The notes: generated by a model from the letters alone, not told the origin. A stretch of 64,000 nucleotides of DNA from an uncultured Capnocytophaga sp. (GCA_963519425.1 CAUQNY010000002.1:2347-66346), one strand, 5' to 3'; positions 49,618-60,182 are shown, counted from the first letter of the stretch. Translations and numbers: made by a program.

Positions 49618-50532
49618 ATGCGCTTCCCTCAACCTTATACCTTAAAACAAATAGCCACTATCATAGGTGCTAAGTTCGTGGGCGACGAGCACTTGCTTGT
49701 ATTAGGAATGAATGAAATTCACGTAGTGCAAACAGGAGAAATAGTGTTCGTAGACCATCCTAAATACTACGAGAAAGCTTTGAACTCCAAGGCTACTGTC
49801 GTACTGATTAACAAAGAGGTGGAGTGCCCCGCAGGGAAAGCTCTTCTCATCTCTACTGACCCTTTTACGGACTTCAATAAACTTACAGACTTTTTTAAGC
49901 CTTTTCAGAAATCAACTATACTTGTTTCGCCTACTGCACAAATAGGGGCTAATACTGTGGTGCAACCTGGAGCATTCATAGGTAACCACGTAAAGATAGG
50001 AGCTAACTGTCTTATCCACGCTAATGTGAATATCTATGATGGCTGTGTCATAGGTGATAATGTTACTATTCACTCTGGAACTGTATTAGGTGCGGATGCT
50101 TTCTACTACAAAAAGCGTACTGAAGGCTTTGATAAACTCAAGTCAGGAGGACGTGTAGTGATAGAAGATAATGTAGATTTGGGAGCCTTATGCACTATAG
50201 ACCGCGGAGTAACAGGCGATACTACTATTAAGAAAGGAACTAAGATTGATAACCAAGTGCACATAGGGCACGATACAGTAGTAGGTGAACGCTGCCTAAT
50301 TGCCTCGCAAACAGGAATAGCAGGTTGTGTGGTGATTGAGGATGAAGTAACTATCTGGGGTCAAGTGGGTATGACCAGTGGTATTACTATTGGCAAAAAA
50401 GCCGTTATTTTGGCTCAAAGTGGTGTTTCAAAATCATTGGAAGGTGGGCAGACCTATTTTGGTTATCCTGCAGCCGAAGCAAGAGAGAAATATAAGGAAA
50501 TGAGTGCCTTAAAACAACTTATCGCTAAATAA
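49618..50532 (+). CDS. Second LpxD-family acyltransferase
   Basis: FVDHPKY, hexapeptide repeats, GADAFYY, IDRG, KIDNQVHIGHD. Confidence 0.88.
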   Translation: MRFPQPYTLKQIATIIGAKFVGDEHLLVLGMNEIHVVQTGEIVFVDHPKYYEKALNSKATVVLINKEVECPAGKALLISTDPFTDFNKLTDFFKPFQKSTILVSPTAQIGANTVVQPGAFIGNHVKIGANCLIHANVNIYDGCVIGDNVTIHSGTVLGADAFYYKKRTEGFDKLKSGGRVVIEDNVDLGALCTIDRGVTGDTTIKKGTKIDNQVHIGHDTVVGERCLIASQTGIAGCVVIEDEVTIWGQVGMTSGITIGKKAVILAQSGVSKSLEGGQTYFGYPAAEAREKYKEMSALKQLIAK

Positions 50533-50543
50533 CCTCAGTACTA

Positions 50544-51227
50544 ATGGATTCCTCAATTTTACATCTTAAAGATGTTTCAGTTTATCAGGACTCTAACCTT
50601 ATCCTTTCCAATGTGAATCTCAATATTGGTAAAGGTGAGCTTATCTATCTCATTGGTAAGACAGGTTCTGGGAAGAGTAGCCTCATCAAACTGTTGTACG
50701 GCGATTTGCCTCTTATAAAAGGACAAGGGAAGGTAGTAGGTTTTAATCTCAAAAAGCTTACTGAGAAAGAAATCCCTTTGCTTAGGCGAAAGTTAGGGGT
50801 TGTTTTTCAGGATTTCAAGCTCCTTACCGACCGCAGTGTATACGACAACCTTGCTTTTGTGCTGAACGCTACAGGCTGGACTGACAAACTGAAAATTAAA
50901 CAACGCATAGGAGAGGTACTTGCAAAAGTAAAAATGGAAACTAAAGACTTTAAGTTTCCTCACGAGCTTTCGGGTGGTGAGCAGCAACGGGTGGCGATAG
51001 CACGTGCTTTGCTCAACAATCCTGAACTGATTTTAGCAGACGAACCTACAGGTAATTTGGACCCCGAGACTAGCGTAGAAGTAATGCAAGTGCTCAAGGA
51101 AATCAATGCTTCTGGCCGCACGATTCTAATGGCAACACACGACTATGCACTGATTCTTAAGTTCCCTTCTAAAACCTTAAAATGCGATGGAGAACGTATT
51201 TTTGAAGTAGTTCAACGTCGTTCATAA
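50544..51227 (+). CDS. FtsE-like ABC ATPase (no ftsX adjacent)
   Basis: [43 protein letters not shown]. Confidence 0.85.
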   Translation: MDSSILHLKDVSVYQDSNLILSNVNLNIGKGELIYLIGKTGSGKSSLIKLLYGDLPLIKGQGKVVGFNLKKLTEKEIPLLRRKLGVVFQDFKLLTDRSVYDNLAFVLNATGWTDKLKIKQRIGEVLAKVKMETKDFKFPHELSGGEQQRVAIARALLNNPELILADEPTGNLDPETSVEVMQVLKEINASGRTILMATHDYALILKFPSKTLKCDGERIFEVVQRRS

Positions 51228-51271
51228 CACTAGAAAGATAAAATCATAATTCAAAAACTAAAATAAGAATA

Positions 51272-52231
51272 ATGGCGATTAAAATACTTGCCAACGATGG
51301 CCTATCAGAGGCTGGGAAACAACATTTAGAGAAAAATAACTTTGAGGTAATAACTACAAAAGTAGCTCAAAACCAACTGATAGATTATATTAACAAACAT
51401 CAAATAGAGGTCTTGTTGGTGCGTTCTGCTACCCAAGTGCGCAAAGATATTATTGATGCTTGTCCATCGCTTAAACTCATCGGTAGGGGAGGGGTAGGAA
51501 TGGATAATATTGATGTGGAATATGCTCAAAGTAAACGCCTTCACGTGATTAATACCCCTGCATCTTCGGCTAATTCAGTTGCAGAGTTGGTTTTTGCTCA
51601 TTTGTTCACAGGAGTACGCTTCTTGCATGATGCCAATAGAAATATGCCTTTGGAAGGAGAAGAGCGTTTCAACGAATTGAAAAAGAGTTATACCAATGGA
51701 GTTGAGTTGCGTGGAAAGACTCTTGGTATCATTGGATTTGGACGTATTGGTCAAGCGGTAGCTCGTATGGCCATTGGTTTAGGGATGAATGTTTTAGCAT
51801 ACGATCCTAAAGTATCTGAAGCTACTATAGAACTTTCGTTTTTTGATGGCCAAACTCTTTTATTTAGCCTTAGAACAGTAGAAAAAGAACAGCTGCTGAT
51901 GAATGCAGATTTCATCACGCTGAACAATAGCCCCGAACAGAAGGGGTATGTATTAGATGAACCAGAATTTGCAATGATGAAAGAAGGAGTGGGTATCATT
52001 AATTTGGCAAGAGGAGGCGCTCTGAACGAAATAGCTTTAATGAAAGCCTTGGACGATGATAAGGTAGCTTTTGCTGGCTTAGATGTCTTTGAAAACGAAC
52101 CTAACCCGTCCGTTCACTTGCTGATGCATCCTCAGGTATCGCTCACGCCACACATTGGTGCGTCTACCATAGAGGCACAAGACCGCATCGGGATGGAATT
52201 GGCAACTCAAATAGTAAATCTATTAAAATAA
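51272..52231 (+). CDS. D-2-hydroxyacid dehydrogenase (SerA-like, no ACT domain)
   Basis: RSAT, GVGMDNID, GFGRIG, N.ARGG, DVFENEP, TPHIGAST. Confidence 0.88.
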   Translation: MAIKILANDGLSEAGKQHLEKNNFEVITTKVAQNQLIDYINKHQIEVLLVRSATQVRKDIIDACPSLKLIGRGGVGMDNIDVEYAQSKRLHVINTPASSANSVAELVFAHLFTGVRFLHDANRNMPLEGEERFNELKKSYTNGVELRGKTLGIIGFGRIGQAVARMAIGLGMNVLAYDPKVSEATIELSFFDGQTLLFSLRTVEKEQLLMNADFITLNNSPEQKGYVLDEPEFAMMKEGVGIINLARGGALNEIALMKALDDDKVAFAGLDVFENEPNPSVHLLMHPQVSLTPHIGASTIEAQDRIGMELATQIVNLLK

Positions 52232-52239
52232 CTTATAAT

Positions 52240-52641
52240 ATGGCAGGAATTTTAGACTTTTTAGGAGGCGATAATCTCCAACAGCTCATCAACGCATTGA
52301 GTCAAAAAACAGGCATATCAGCTGATAAGGTGTCTTCGGTGATGGACTCTCTGAAAGCAATGGTTGGGAATACTGAAAATTCAGGTGCTGAATTGCTTTC
52401 TAAACTAACCCAAGGAGGGCAAAATGATACTCTAAAAGCAATTAGCGAAAAAACAGGTATCTCCTTGGACAATGTAAGCCAGATATTCCAACAGCTTACC
52501 CCTATGCTTTCTAACTTCTTAAGTGGAAAAGGTGGTAATGTAACTGAAATGCTTACTTCTTTCTTAGACAAGAACAAGGATGGTAGCGTAATGGATGACC
52601 TAATGGGGGGCATTGGAAGCCTTTTTGGAGGTAAGAAGTAG
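52240..52641 (+). CDS. DUF937-like small protein with a C-terminal DxNxDG motif
   Basis: MAGILD.L, repeated helical unit (ISQKTGIS / ISEKTGIS), LDKNKDGSVMDD, GGIGSLFG. Confidence 0.7.
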   Translation: MAGILDFLGGDNLQQLINALSQKTGISADKVSSVMDSLKAMVGNTENSGAELLSKLTQGGQNDTLKAISEKTGISLDNVSQIFQQLTPMLSNFLSGKGGNVTEMLTSFLDKNKDGSVMDDLMGGIGSLFGGKK

Positions 52642-52667
52642 TTTTTTGAATCTTAAATAACATTTTT

Positions 52668-52712
52668 ATTACTTTGGCAGTGTTTTTGTATACTGTCAAA
52701 GTAATTTTTTTT
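52668..52712 (+). terminator. Intrinsic terminator
   Basis: attactttggcagtgt...atactgtcaaagtaat followed by a T tract. Confidence 0.7.
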
Positions 52713-52714
52713 GT

Positions 52715-53143
52715 ATGGACGACTTGTATTTTATGCAAATAGCCCTTCAAGAAGCTGAACTGGCTTTTGAGGAAGGAGAAATTCCCGTAGGAGCTATTAT
52801 TACCATTGACAATCATATTATTGCAAGGGCACACAACCTAACCGAGCGCCTAAATGATGTAACAGCACACGCCGAAATGCAGGCCGTTACAATGGCTGCC
52901 AATTACTTAGGAGGTAAGTATTTGCGTGACTGTACGATGTATCTTACCTTGGAGCCTTGTGCTATGTGTGCGGGAGCTTTGTATTGGAGCCAACTCGCTC
53001 GCTTGGTGTATGCTGCTTCCGATGACAAACGTGGTTATCGTACAATGGGAGGAAAACTCCACCCAAAAACAGAGGTTGTTCATGGTATCTTGGCTGAACC
53101 TGCCTCGCAACTTTTAAAACAATTCTTTCAACAACGCCGATGA
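52715..53143 (+). CDS. tadA: tRNA adenosine deaminase
   Basis: GEIPVGA, TAHAE, TLEPCAMC. Confidence 0.88.
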   Translation: MDDLYFMQIALQEAELAFEEGEIPVGAIITIDNHIIARAHNLTERLNDVTAHAEMQAVTMAANYLGGKYLRDCTMYLTLEPCAMCAGALYWSQLARLVYAASDDKRGYRTMGGKLHPKTEVVHGILAEPASQLLKQFFQQRR

Positions 53144-55017
53144 ACAGAACTATCACTTTTGCGGTATTCTTACTTTTGGGAATGAATCTCCTTTCGTCCC
53201 AAAGCACAGATACTTTGAAAGTGAACACTTCTCTCCCTCTTGAATCTTTTTCTGAGAGGGAAGCTAAAAACAAGGCTTTCTACCAGCGATTGAAATCTTT
53301 CCTCAAACGGCACAAACTTACCAAAGACCTTAATAATCTGATTTCTGTAGCTGATAGTACAACCTCTTCTTCGGCAACCTCTTCTAAAAAAACACCTAAA
53401 ACACTTCAAAAACCTTCTTATCAAGGGAAAATCATCCGAAATATTGTTATCACTACTTTAGATCCTTTTGGATTTGATGAGAAAGACTTATCAAAGGCTC
53501 CGCGTACGCGTTTGGAACGCTATGGTAATGCTTTGCACCTGAAAACGCGTGAGAGCACAGTGCGCAAATTTCTACTTTTCAAGAAAAATACTTCTTTAGA
53601 TACTCTTTTGCTTAATGAAACCGAGCGTATTTTGCGCAATCAGCGGTATGTTAGGCGGGTACAAGTGCGTGCTATTCCTACTCAGCATCCTTCTGATTCG
53701 GTAGATGTACAAGTAAATGTGCTGGATAGTTGGACAATGTATTTTGATGGCGACTTAACAAACAGTCGTGGGTGGACGCGCCTCACCGAACAGAATCTTT
53801 TTGGATTGGGGCACGAGGCAGCTGTTATTTACCAACAGTACTTCTCTAAGTTTACGAATAATGGCAGAGGTTTTAGTTATACTCTTAGGAATCTAAAGAA
53901 TACCTACATTAGTCTTCGCAGTTCCTATTATATTGATTATGAAAACTTGTTCTCGAAGAACCTGTATATAGAGCGTCCCTTATACTCACCTTTGGCGCGT
54001 TGGTCAGGACGGATAGGTTATTTTGAGAACCGCTATGAAGATCAAAGCGTTTTCTATCAAGGTAGCTTTTATACCCCTATTCTTCATACTAAAACATTTG
54101 ATGTTTTTGGTAGCTGGGCACTCCCTTTGAAGAGACAAAGTGCTAAGACTCTTAACAACTTCATTGCAGCAGCCCGTTTTCGCAATATTAGTTATGCCGA
54201 AAAACCTCCTTTGTTCATAGACCCAGAACGCTATTATGCCAACGAAAACTTGTGGCTTACCCAATTCAGTTTAAACAGTACTCATTTTGTTAAGGAACGT
54301 TATATTTTCCGAAATGGAGATATTGAGGACGTAGGGGTTGGGCACTCACTCTTCCTCACTTCGGGCATTTTGTGGCGAAATCAAGCCACCTTGCCTTATT
54401 TAGGGATTGGTTTCTCAAAAGCTAATTACAACCCTCTTAAAGGCTATAGATCATTAAATTTTGAGTTTGGTACTTTCTTTGATCGAGGCACCTATCGCGA
54501 AACAGTACTCCGTGGCGATGCCACACACTTCACCCGACTTTTTGATATAGGTAATTGGCACTTTAGACAGTTTTTGCGATCTAATTTTGTGATAGGCCTA
54601 AATAGGAATACCTATCAGCGCGATCGTATTAACTTGAATGGCTCTAATGGTATTCTTGGTTTTAGTAGTGGTTTAGTGTATGGAACACGTAAATTAGTAC
54701 TCACCTCACAAACACAAGTGTATGCCCCTTTTCAGTTAGTAGGATTTCGCTTTAGTCCTTTTCTTTCGGCCGACTTGGCTTTCATCGGTAGGCGCAATAC
54801 CTCTTTTTTCAATACCGAAACCTACACTAAGGTATCCATAGGCTTCTACATTTCCAACGACTATTTGCCTTTTGGGGCTATACAGTTTTCTTTTGGCTAT
54901 TACCCCAACATACCTGGCACTGGCCAACATATCTTCAAATTTACAGGCGTTACTAATGATGACTTCCGTTTGCAAAGCTTTAGTCAACGCTTGCCAAGTA
55001 TTATCTCTTTTAGATAA
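53140..55017 (+). CDS. Omp85/BamA-like outer-membrane protein (POTRA + beta barrel)
   Basis: Signal peptide; POTRA-like TRE..VR..LLFK.....D...L.ETERILR...V.V.V.D.W; E.NLFGLGH; aromatic-rich strands. Confidence 0.65.
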   Translation: MNRTITFAVFLLLGMNLLSSQSTDTLKVNTSLPLESFSEREAKNKAFYQRLKSFLKRHKLTKDLNNLISVADSTTSSSATSSKKTPKTLQKPSYQGKIIRNIVITTLDPFGFDEKDLSKAPRTRLERYGNALHLKTRESTVRKFLLFKKNTSLDTLLLNETERILRNQRYVRRVQVRAIPTQHPSDSVDVQVNVLDSWTMYFDGDLTNSRGWTRLTEQNLFGLGHEAAVIYQQYFSKFTNNGRGFSYTLRNLKNTYISLRSSYYIDYENLFSKNLYIERPLYSPLARWSGRIGYFENRYEDQSVFYQGSFYTPILHTKTFDVFGSWALPLKRQSAKTLNNFIAAARFRNISYAEKPPLFIDPERYYANENLWLTQFSLNSTHFVKERYIFRNGDIEDVGVGHSLFLTSGILWRNQATLPYLGIGFSKANYNPLKGYRSLNFEFGTFFDRGTYRETVLRGDATHFTRLFDIGNWHFRQFLRSNFVIGLNRNTYQRDRINLNGSNGILGFSSGLVYGTRKLVLTSQTQVYAPFQLVGFRFSPFLSADLAFIGRRNTSFFNTETYTKVSIGFYISNDYLPFGAIQFSFGYYPNIPGTGQHIFKFTGVTNDDFRLQSFSQRLPSIISFR

Positions 55018-55019
55018 AT

Positions 55020-55060
55020 CAAAAGGGGTGCTTTTCAAAATCTGAAAAGCACCCCTTTTG
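55020..55060. terminator. Bidirectional intrinsic terminator
   Basis: caaaaggggtgcttttca-aaatc-tgaaaagcaccccttttg. Confidence 0.88.
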
Positions 55061-55065
55061 TGGTT

Positions 55066-56046
55066 TTAAGTATTTCTGTTGATTACGTAGTTTACCATCA
55101 GCTCCAAAGACTCTTTATAGGGCGATGCAGGAAAGTCTTCCAGTAGTGCTAAGGCCTTTTGCTGATATTCTTTCATCTTTGCTGTCGCATATTCTAAGCC
55201 TTGATGCGTTTTGACGAAATGAATGACCTCTTTCACGCGCTGTTTGTCCTTGTTATGATTCTTTACCGAGTTGATAAGCCATTTCTTCTCCTCTTTGCTG
55301 CAAGTGTTCAGTACGTAGATAAGTGGAAGAGTCATTTTTTGCTCTTTAATGTCTATTCCAGTAGGTTTGCCAATAGCTTCCTCAGTATAGTCAAAAAGGT
55401 CGTCTTTGATTTGGAAAGCCATCCCTATGTACTCTCCAAAAAGTCGCATCTTCTCAATCAGTTCTGGAGCTTCTGGCATTACAGAACAAGCACCCATTGC
55501 GCAGCAAGCAGCTATTAGGGTAGCAGTTTTTTGGCGAATAACCTCATAGTACACTTCTTCTACAATGTCTAATCGGCGGGCTTTTTCCATTTGCAGCAAT
55601 TCCCCTTCGCTCATTTCGCGCACAGCTACCGAGATGATGCGCAGTAAGTCAAAATCACCGTTGTCAATAGAGAGAAGCAGCCCTTTAGAAAGCAAGTAGT
55701 CGCCTACTAGTACGGCTATTTTATTCTTCCACAGCGCGTTGATAGAAAAGAACCCGCGCCGTTTGTTGCTGTCGTCCACTACATCGTCGTGTACTAAGGT
55801 AGCCGTATGTATCAGTTCAATTACCGAGGCACCTCGGTAGGTGCGGTCGTTTACCTTGCCATTAGCAAGCATCTTAGCTACCAAAAATACGAACATAGGG
55901 CGCATTTGTTTGCCTTTGCGGTTCACTATGTAGTAGGTGATGCGGTTCAGCAAGGCTACTTTAGACGACATTGCCCCACGGAACTTTTGTTCAAAAAGCT
56001 CCATCTCTTCGCGGATGGGCTCTTTTATTTTAGCTGTTATTTTCAT
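55066..56046 (-). CDS. ispB: Polyprenyl diphosphate synthase
   Basis: GKQMRP, HDDVVD...RRG, KTA, FQIKDDLFD. Confidence 0.9.
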   Translation of the reverse strand: MKITAKIKEPIREEMELFEQKFRGAMSSKVALLNRITYYIVNRKGKQMRPMFVFLVAKMLANGKVNDRTYRGASVIELIHTATLVHDDVVDDSNKRRGFFSINALWKNKIAVLVGDYLLSKGLLLSIDNGDFDLLRIISVAVREMSEGELLQMEKARRLDIVEEVYYEVIRQKTATLIAACCAMGACSVMPEAPELIEKMRLFGEYIGMAFQIKDDLFDYTEEAIGKPTGIDIKEQKMTLPLIYVLNTCSKEEKKWLINSVKNHNKDKQRVKEVIHFVKTHQGLEYATAKMKEYQQKALALLEDFPASPYKESLELMVNYVINRNT

Positions 56047-58010
56047 TGTGTTACCTCATCGGTAGTTTTCTTTTCCTCAGCCATTGCTTCTTCTATTACT
56101 TCGTGAGGGTCTTTAAAAGGACGCTTGCCAAAGATATGCTCTAAGTCCTCGCGGAAAATTACTTCGCGGTCTAAAAGCAAGTTGGCCAAGGAGGTGAGCT
56201 TTTCTTTGTTTGCTGTCAGAATCTCAATGGCACGGTTGTATTGCGCTTCTATGATTTTAGAAATTTCCTCATCTATTAGGTGGGCAGTCTTCTCGCTGTA
56301 TGGCTTAGTGAAACTGTAATCAGCTTGCGACGAATCGTAGTACGTAAGGTTGCCTATTTTGTCATTCAGCCCGTAGATAGTTACCATTGCCCGCGCTTGT
56401 TTAGTTACTTTTTCCAAGTCGCTGAGGGCACCTGTAGAAATCTTGTCGAAAATCACCTTCTCGGCCGCTCTACCGCCTAAGGCAGCACACATCTCGTCTA
56501 ATATCTGTTCGGTACGCACTATTTGTCGTTCTTCTGGTAAGTACCAAGCCGCTCCTAACGATTGGCCACGGGGTACAATGGTTACTTTCACCAGTGGTGC
56601 TGCGTGTTCCAAAAGCCAGCTTACTGTAGCGTGTCCAGCTTCGTGGAAAGCAATAGCTTTGCGCTCTTCTGGAGTCAAGATTTTCGATTTCTTTTCCAAC
56701 CCTCCTACAATGCGGTCTACGGCGTCCAAGAATTCCTGTTTGCTTACAGCGGTTTTACCTTTTCGTGCAGCTATGAGCGCAGCCTCGTTGCACACATTGG
56801 CTATGTCAGCACCCGAGAAACCAGGGGTCTGTTTGGCCAAAAAGTCAAGGTCTAAGGTCTCTGAGGTTTTGATAGGGGCTAAGTGCACTTGGAATATCTG
56901 TTTGCGTTCGTTCAGGTTAGGCAGTTCTACATAAATCTGACGGTCAAAACGTCCAGCGCGCATTAGGGCTTTGTCTAAAATATCAGCGCGGTTAGTGGCT
57001 GCCAGTACGATGACACTTGTATGAGAGCCAAAACCGTCCATTTCAGTAAGCAGCTGGTTGAGGGTATTCTCGCGTTCGTCGTTAGCACCCGTCATCGCAT
57101 TGCGGCTGCGGGCGCGCCCTATAGCGTCAATCTCATCGATGAAGATAATAGCAGGCGATTTTTCTTTTGCTTGTTTGAAGAGGTCTCGCACACGAGAGGC
57201 ACCTACTCCTACAAACATTTCCACAAAGTCTGACCCCGAAAGCGAGAAGAAAGGTACTTGTGCCTCTCCTGCTACAGCTTTTGCCAAAAGGGTCTTACCC
57301 GTACCTGGAGGCCCTACCAAGAGTGCTCCGCGAGGTATTTTCCCTCCAAGCGAAGTGTATTTGTCAGGATTTTTAAGAAAGTCTACAATCTCTTGTACCT
57401 CTTCTTTAGCCCCTTCCAGTCCTGCTACATCTTGGAAAGTTACGCGTGTCTCTTTTTTCTCATCGAACATACGCGCTTTTGATTTCCCTATGTTGAAAAT
57501 GCCTCCTGCTCCTCCTGAGCCCATACGGCGCATAAAGAAAATCCAAACACCTATCACTAGTAGAAAAGGCAATAGCGACAACAGTACATCAGAGAAAAGA
57601 TTCTGTTGCGTTTTGTTTTCGCGGGTAGTTACCAAGTTGTTTTCTTTTACAATTTGGTCAAAGCGGTTTTCAAAGTTGCTCAAGTCGCCTAATTCAAATC
57701 GATATTGTGGAACTTCAGCATTCTTGTCAGCCTGCATCAGGGCTTTTTCGTTAGGCCGAACCTCTTTGTGCTCTTCCTTTTTCAGCGCATCTAGGGTAAG
57801 GTAAACGTTAGCTTCTTTGCGATTGAGAATGATGATTTTAGCCACATCGCCATTAGAGAGGTATTCCTCAAACTTAGCTTGAGGGATTTCTTTGGGCTGA
57901 GACCAGAAAGTAGCTCCTGAGTAGTAGTTAAACCCTAAGAGCAAAGCAAGAAGTATTGCGTAGAGCCAATAGGCCGAAAAGCGATTCCTGTTGGTATTGT
58001 TGTCAGACAT
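56043..58010 (-). CDS. ftsH: ATP-dependent zinc metalloprotease FtsH
   Basis: Two TM segments, [14 protein letters not shown], second region of homology, HEAGH. Confidence 0.98.
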   Translation of the reverse strand: MSDNNTNRNRFSAYWLYAILLALLLGFNYYSGATFWSQPKEIPQAKFEEYLSNGDVAKIIILNRKEANVYLTLDALKKEEHKEVRPNEKALMQADKNAEVPQYRFELGDLSNFENRFDQIVKENNLVTTRENKTQQNLFSDVLLSLLPFLLVIGVWIFFMRRMGSGGAGGIFNIGKSKARMFDEKKETRVTFQDVAGLEGAKEEVQEIVDFLKNPDKYTSLGGKIPRGALLVGPPGTGKTLLAKAVAGEAQVPFFSLSGSDFVEMFVGVGASRVRDLFKQAKEKSPAIIFIDEIDAIGRARSRNAMTGANDERENTLNQLLTEMDGFGSHTSVIVLAATNRADILDKALMRAGRFDRQIYVELPNLNERKQIFQVHLAPIKTSETLDLDFLAKQTPGFSGADIANVCNEAALIAARKGKTAVSKQEFLDAVDRIVGGLEKKSKILTPEERKAIAFHEAGHATVSWLLEHAAPLVKVTIVPRGQSLGAAWYLPEERQIVRTEQILDEMCAALGGRAAEKVIFDKISTGALSDLEKVTKQARAMVTIYGLNDKIGNLTYYDSSQADYSFTKPYSEKTAHLIDEEISKIIEAQYNRAIEILTANKEKLTSLANLLLDREVIFREDLEHIFGKRPFKDPHEVIEEAMAEEKKTTDEVTQ

Positions 58011-58014
58011 AAGA

Positions 58015-58386
58015 TTAATAGTTAGTTTCTAAGTTTATAAAAGTAGCGTCTCCCCACAGCCCTTCGAGGTCGTAATGGGCTCTTACGCGGTCTTGGAAAA
58101 TGTGCACTACTACATCCACATAGTCAATCAGTACCCATTCGGCATTCATTTCGCCTTCTACGTGCCAAGGCTTTTGGTGTCCTTCTGCTTGGCTCACCGT
58201 TTTTTGGATAGCACCCGAAATAGCAGCTACTTGGGTGTTCGAAGCCCCATTGCACAAAATAAAATAGTCGCACACCGTATTCTCTACGTTGCGCAAATCC
58301 ATAATAGTAATGTCGGTACCTTTTACTTTTTCGATACCTTCTATGATGTTGCTAATCAGCTGGTTTGAGTTGAGTTCTTTGTTCAA
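58015..58386 (-). CDS. rsfS: Ribosome silencing factor
   Basis: KG.DI..MD, DYFILC.G.S..QV.AI, W.L.DY.DVVVHIF...R..YDLE.LW; start probably TTG 58386 (uncertain). Confidence 0.93.
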   Translation of the reverse strand: MNKELNSNQLISNIIEGIEKVKGTDITIMDLRNVENTVCDYFILCNGASNTQVAAISGAIQKTVSQAEGHQKPWHVEGEMNAEWVLIDYVDVVVHIFQDRVRAHYDLEGLWGDATFINLETNY

Positions 58387-58439
58387 TTTTTGTTTGATTT
58401 TACGGTTTAAAATTAAGGATACACTCCACAATGAGCGGG

Positions 58440-58508
58440 CAAAGGTAACACTTTCCTTTCACAAAAGCAAAAATATTGCCATAGTTATTTGTCAGGACAT
58501 TTTGTCAG
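58440..58508 (-). promoter_or_regulatory. rsfS-ftsH promoter with upstream TGGCA / TGACA-n3-TGTC boxes
   Basis: Minus strand reads CTGACAAAATGTCCTGAC-n-TGGCAATATTTTTGC-n-TACCTTTG. Confidence 0.65.
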
Positions 58509-58617
58509 TCAGCTTGCAGAACACCAGCTTGTACGCCTATTTGTTTTGTTTCTTTGAAAATCCCCAGTATACTTTTCTTTTTCCATTTGTCAAGTGTTTT
58601 CTTGTCTTGATACTGTA

Positions 58618-58665
58618 CAAAAAAACTTTGCTAAGAGTCCTAAAAGGCTTAGCAAAGTCTATTTT
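58618..58665 (-). terminator. Intrinsic terminator after murE
   Basis: actttgctaag...cttagcaaagt with an A7 tract on the + strand (U tract on the minus strand). Confidence 0.75.
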
Positions 58666-58693
58666 CTAATTTATATTTTCTAACAGCTAGTCT

Positions 58694-60154
58694 CTATTTC
58701 TTGTACAATTCTAAAAACTCGCGCACGATTTCAAAGTCGTCAAAAGGATGTCTAACCCCTTTTATTTCTTGGTAAGTTTCGTGTCCTTTACCGGCGATGA
58801 GGATAATATCGCCTTTTTGAGCGTTCTTGCAAACCGATTGTATCGCTTGCCGGCGGTCGGTGATGGTCTGCACTTTATGGAAGTGCTGTGCTTGTACCCC
58901 TTGTTCCATTTCGGCAAGAATAGTTTCGGGCTCTTCATTGCGCGGGTTGTCAGAAGTGAGGATGACATTGTCGCTTAAACAAGTAGCTATGTCGGCCATC
59001 ATAGGTCGTTTGCCTTTGTCGCGGTTCCCGCCGCAGCCCACTACAGTAGTAAGCGTTTCATTGTGCGTGCGTATATCGTTAATAGTTTTAAGCACATTTT
59101 CCAGAGCATCAGGGGTGTGGGCGTAATCCACTATGGTAACCACACCTGTAGCCGAAACCGCATACTGAAAACGCCCTGCTACAGGCTCTATCGCACTGAT
59201 AAGAGTCAGCGCCTCAAGTTTGTCCATCCCTAAGAGAGTTGCAGTAGCATAGACTGCCAAAAGGTTATAAGCATTAAATTCACCTATGAGTTTCGTCCAT
59301 ACCTCGTGCTGATTGATGCGCAGGAGCAACCCGTCAAACCTGCTCTCTATAATATGTGCTTTGTAGTCAGCGTGCGTTTTAAGGGCGTAGCTTTCCTTTT
59401 GGGCTTTGGTATTCTGCAGCATAAAAGCCCCGTTTTTGTCGTCTACATTCACCAGTGCAAAAGCAGTAGGGGCGAGGTTGTCAAAAAAGCGCTTCTTCAC
59501 ATCTCTATAAGCTGCAAAAGTCTTGTGATAGTCTAGGTGGTCGCGGGTGAGGTTGGTAAAGATACCCCCTGCAAAGTGTAGCCCTTCAGTGCGGTGCTGG
59601 TCTATGCCGTGCGAGCTCACCTCCATAAAGCAGTATTTCACTCCTTGTTGTACCATTAACTGCAAATAATGATGCAGCTGAAGAGGGTCGGGAGTGGTAT
59701 GGGTGGCCTCAAAACGCTGCTCGTCTACATATACCGCTACGGTAGAGAGCAAGCCTGCCTTTTGTCCTGCCTTTCTGAACAGTTGGTATAGTAGGGTCGC
59801 TATGGTAGTCTTGCCATTGGTGCCTGTTACTCCTACCAAGGTGAGTTGCTCAGAGGGGTTGCCGTAGAAGTTAGCCGCAATTAGGGCTAAGGCGCTATGG
59901 CTGTTGGGTACTACTATATAGCTTACATTAGGAGCGACCTGCTCAGGCAGCTCCTCGCATACAATGGCAGTAGCACCACTGCGTATAGCTTGGTCTATAT
60001 ATTTGTGCCCGTCAGACTGTGTGCCTGCAATGGCTACGAACATACTCCCTTCTGCTACCTTCCGAGAGTCAAAACAAACAGAGGTGATTTCTTTCTCTTC
60101 CACATAGAGGGAAGTTTTTATACCGATGTTTTTAACTAATGCTTTTAAGTTCAT
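58694..60154 (-). CDS. murE: UDP-MurNAc-dipeptide:meso-DAP ligase
   Basis: GVTGTNGKTT, MEVSSH, DHLDYH, DYAHTPD, DNPR (DAP specificity), AGKGHE. Confidence 0.97.
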   Translation of the reverse strand: MNLKALVKNIGIKTSLYVEEKEITSVCFDSRKVAEGSMFVAIAGTQSDGHKYIDQAIRSGATAIVCEELPEQVAPNVSYIVVPNSHSALALIAANFYGNPSEQLTLVGVTGTNGKTTIATLLYQLFRKAGQKAGLLSTVAVYVDEQRFEATHTTPDPLQLHHYLQLMVQQGVKYCFMEVSSHGIDQHRTEGLHFAGGIFTNLTRDHLDYHKTFAAYRDVKKRFFDNLAPTAFALVNVDDKNGAFMLQNTKAQKESYALKTHADYKAHIIESRFDGLLLRINQHEVWTKLIGEFNAYNLLAVYATATLLGMDKLEALTLISAIEPVAGRFQYAVSATGVVTIVDYAHTPDALENVLKTINDIRTHNETLTTVVGCGGNRDKGKRPMMADIATCLSDNVILTSDNPRNEEPETILAEMEQGVQAQHFHKVQTITDRRQAIQSVCKNAQKGDIILIAGKGHETYQEIKGVRHPFDDFEIVREFLELYKK

Positions 60155-60182
60155 AATGTCTGTGTGTTGATTGAGTGATTTG

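Noticed and set aside
57058..57804. 248-aa + strand ORF
   Set aside because: Antisense shadow of the conserved ftsH AAA domain
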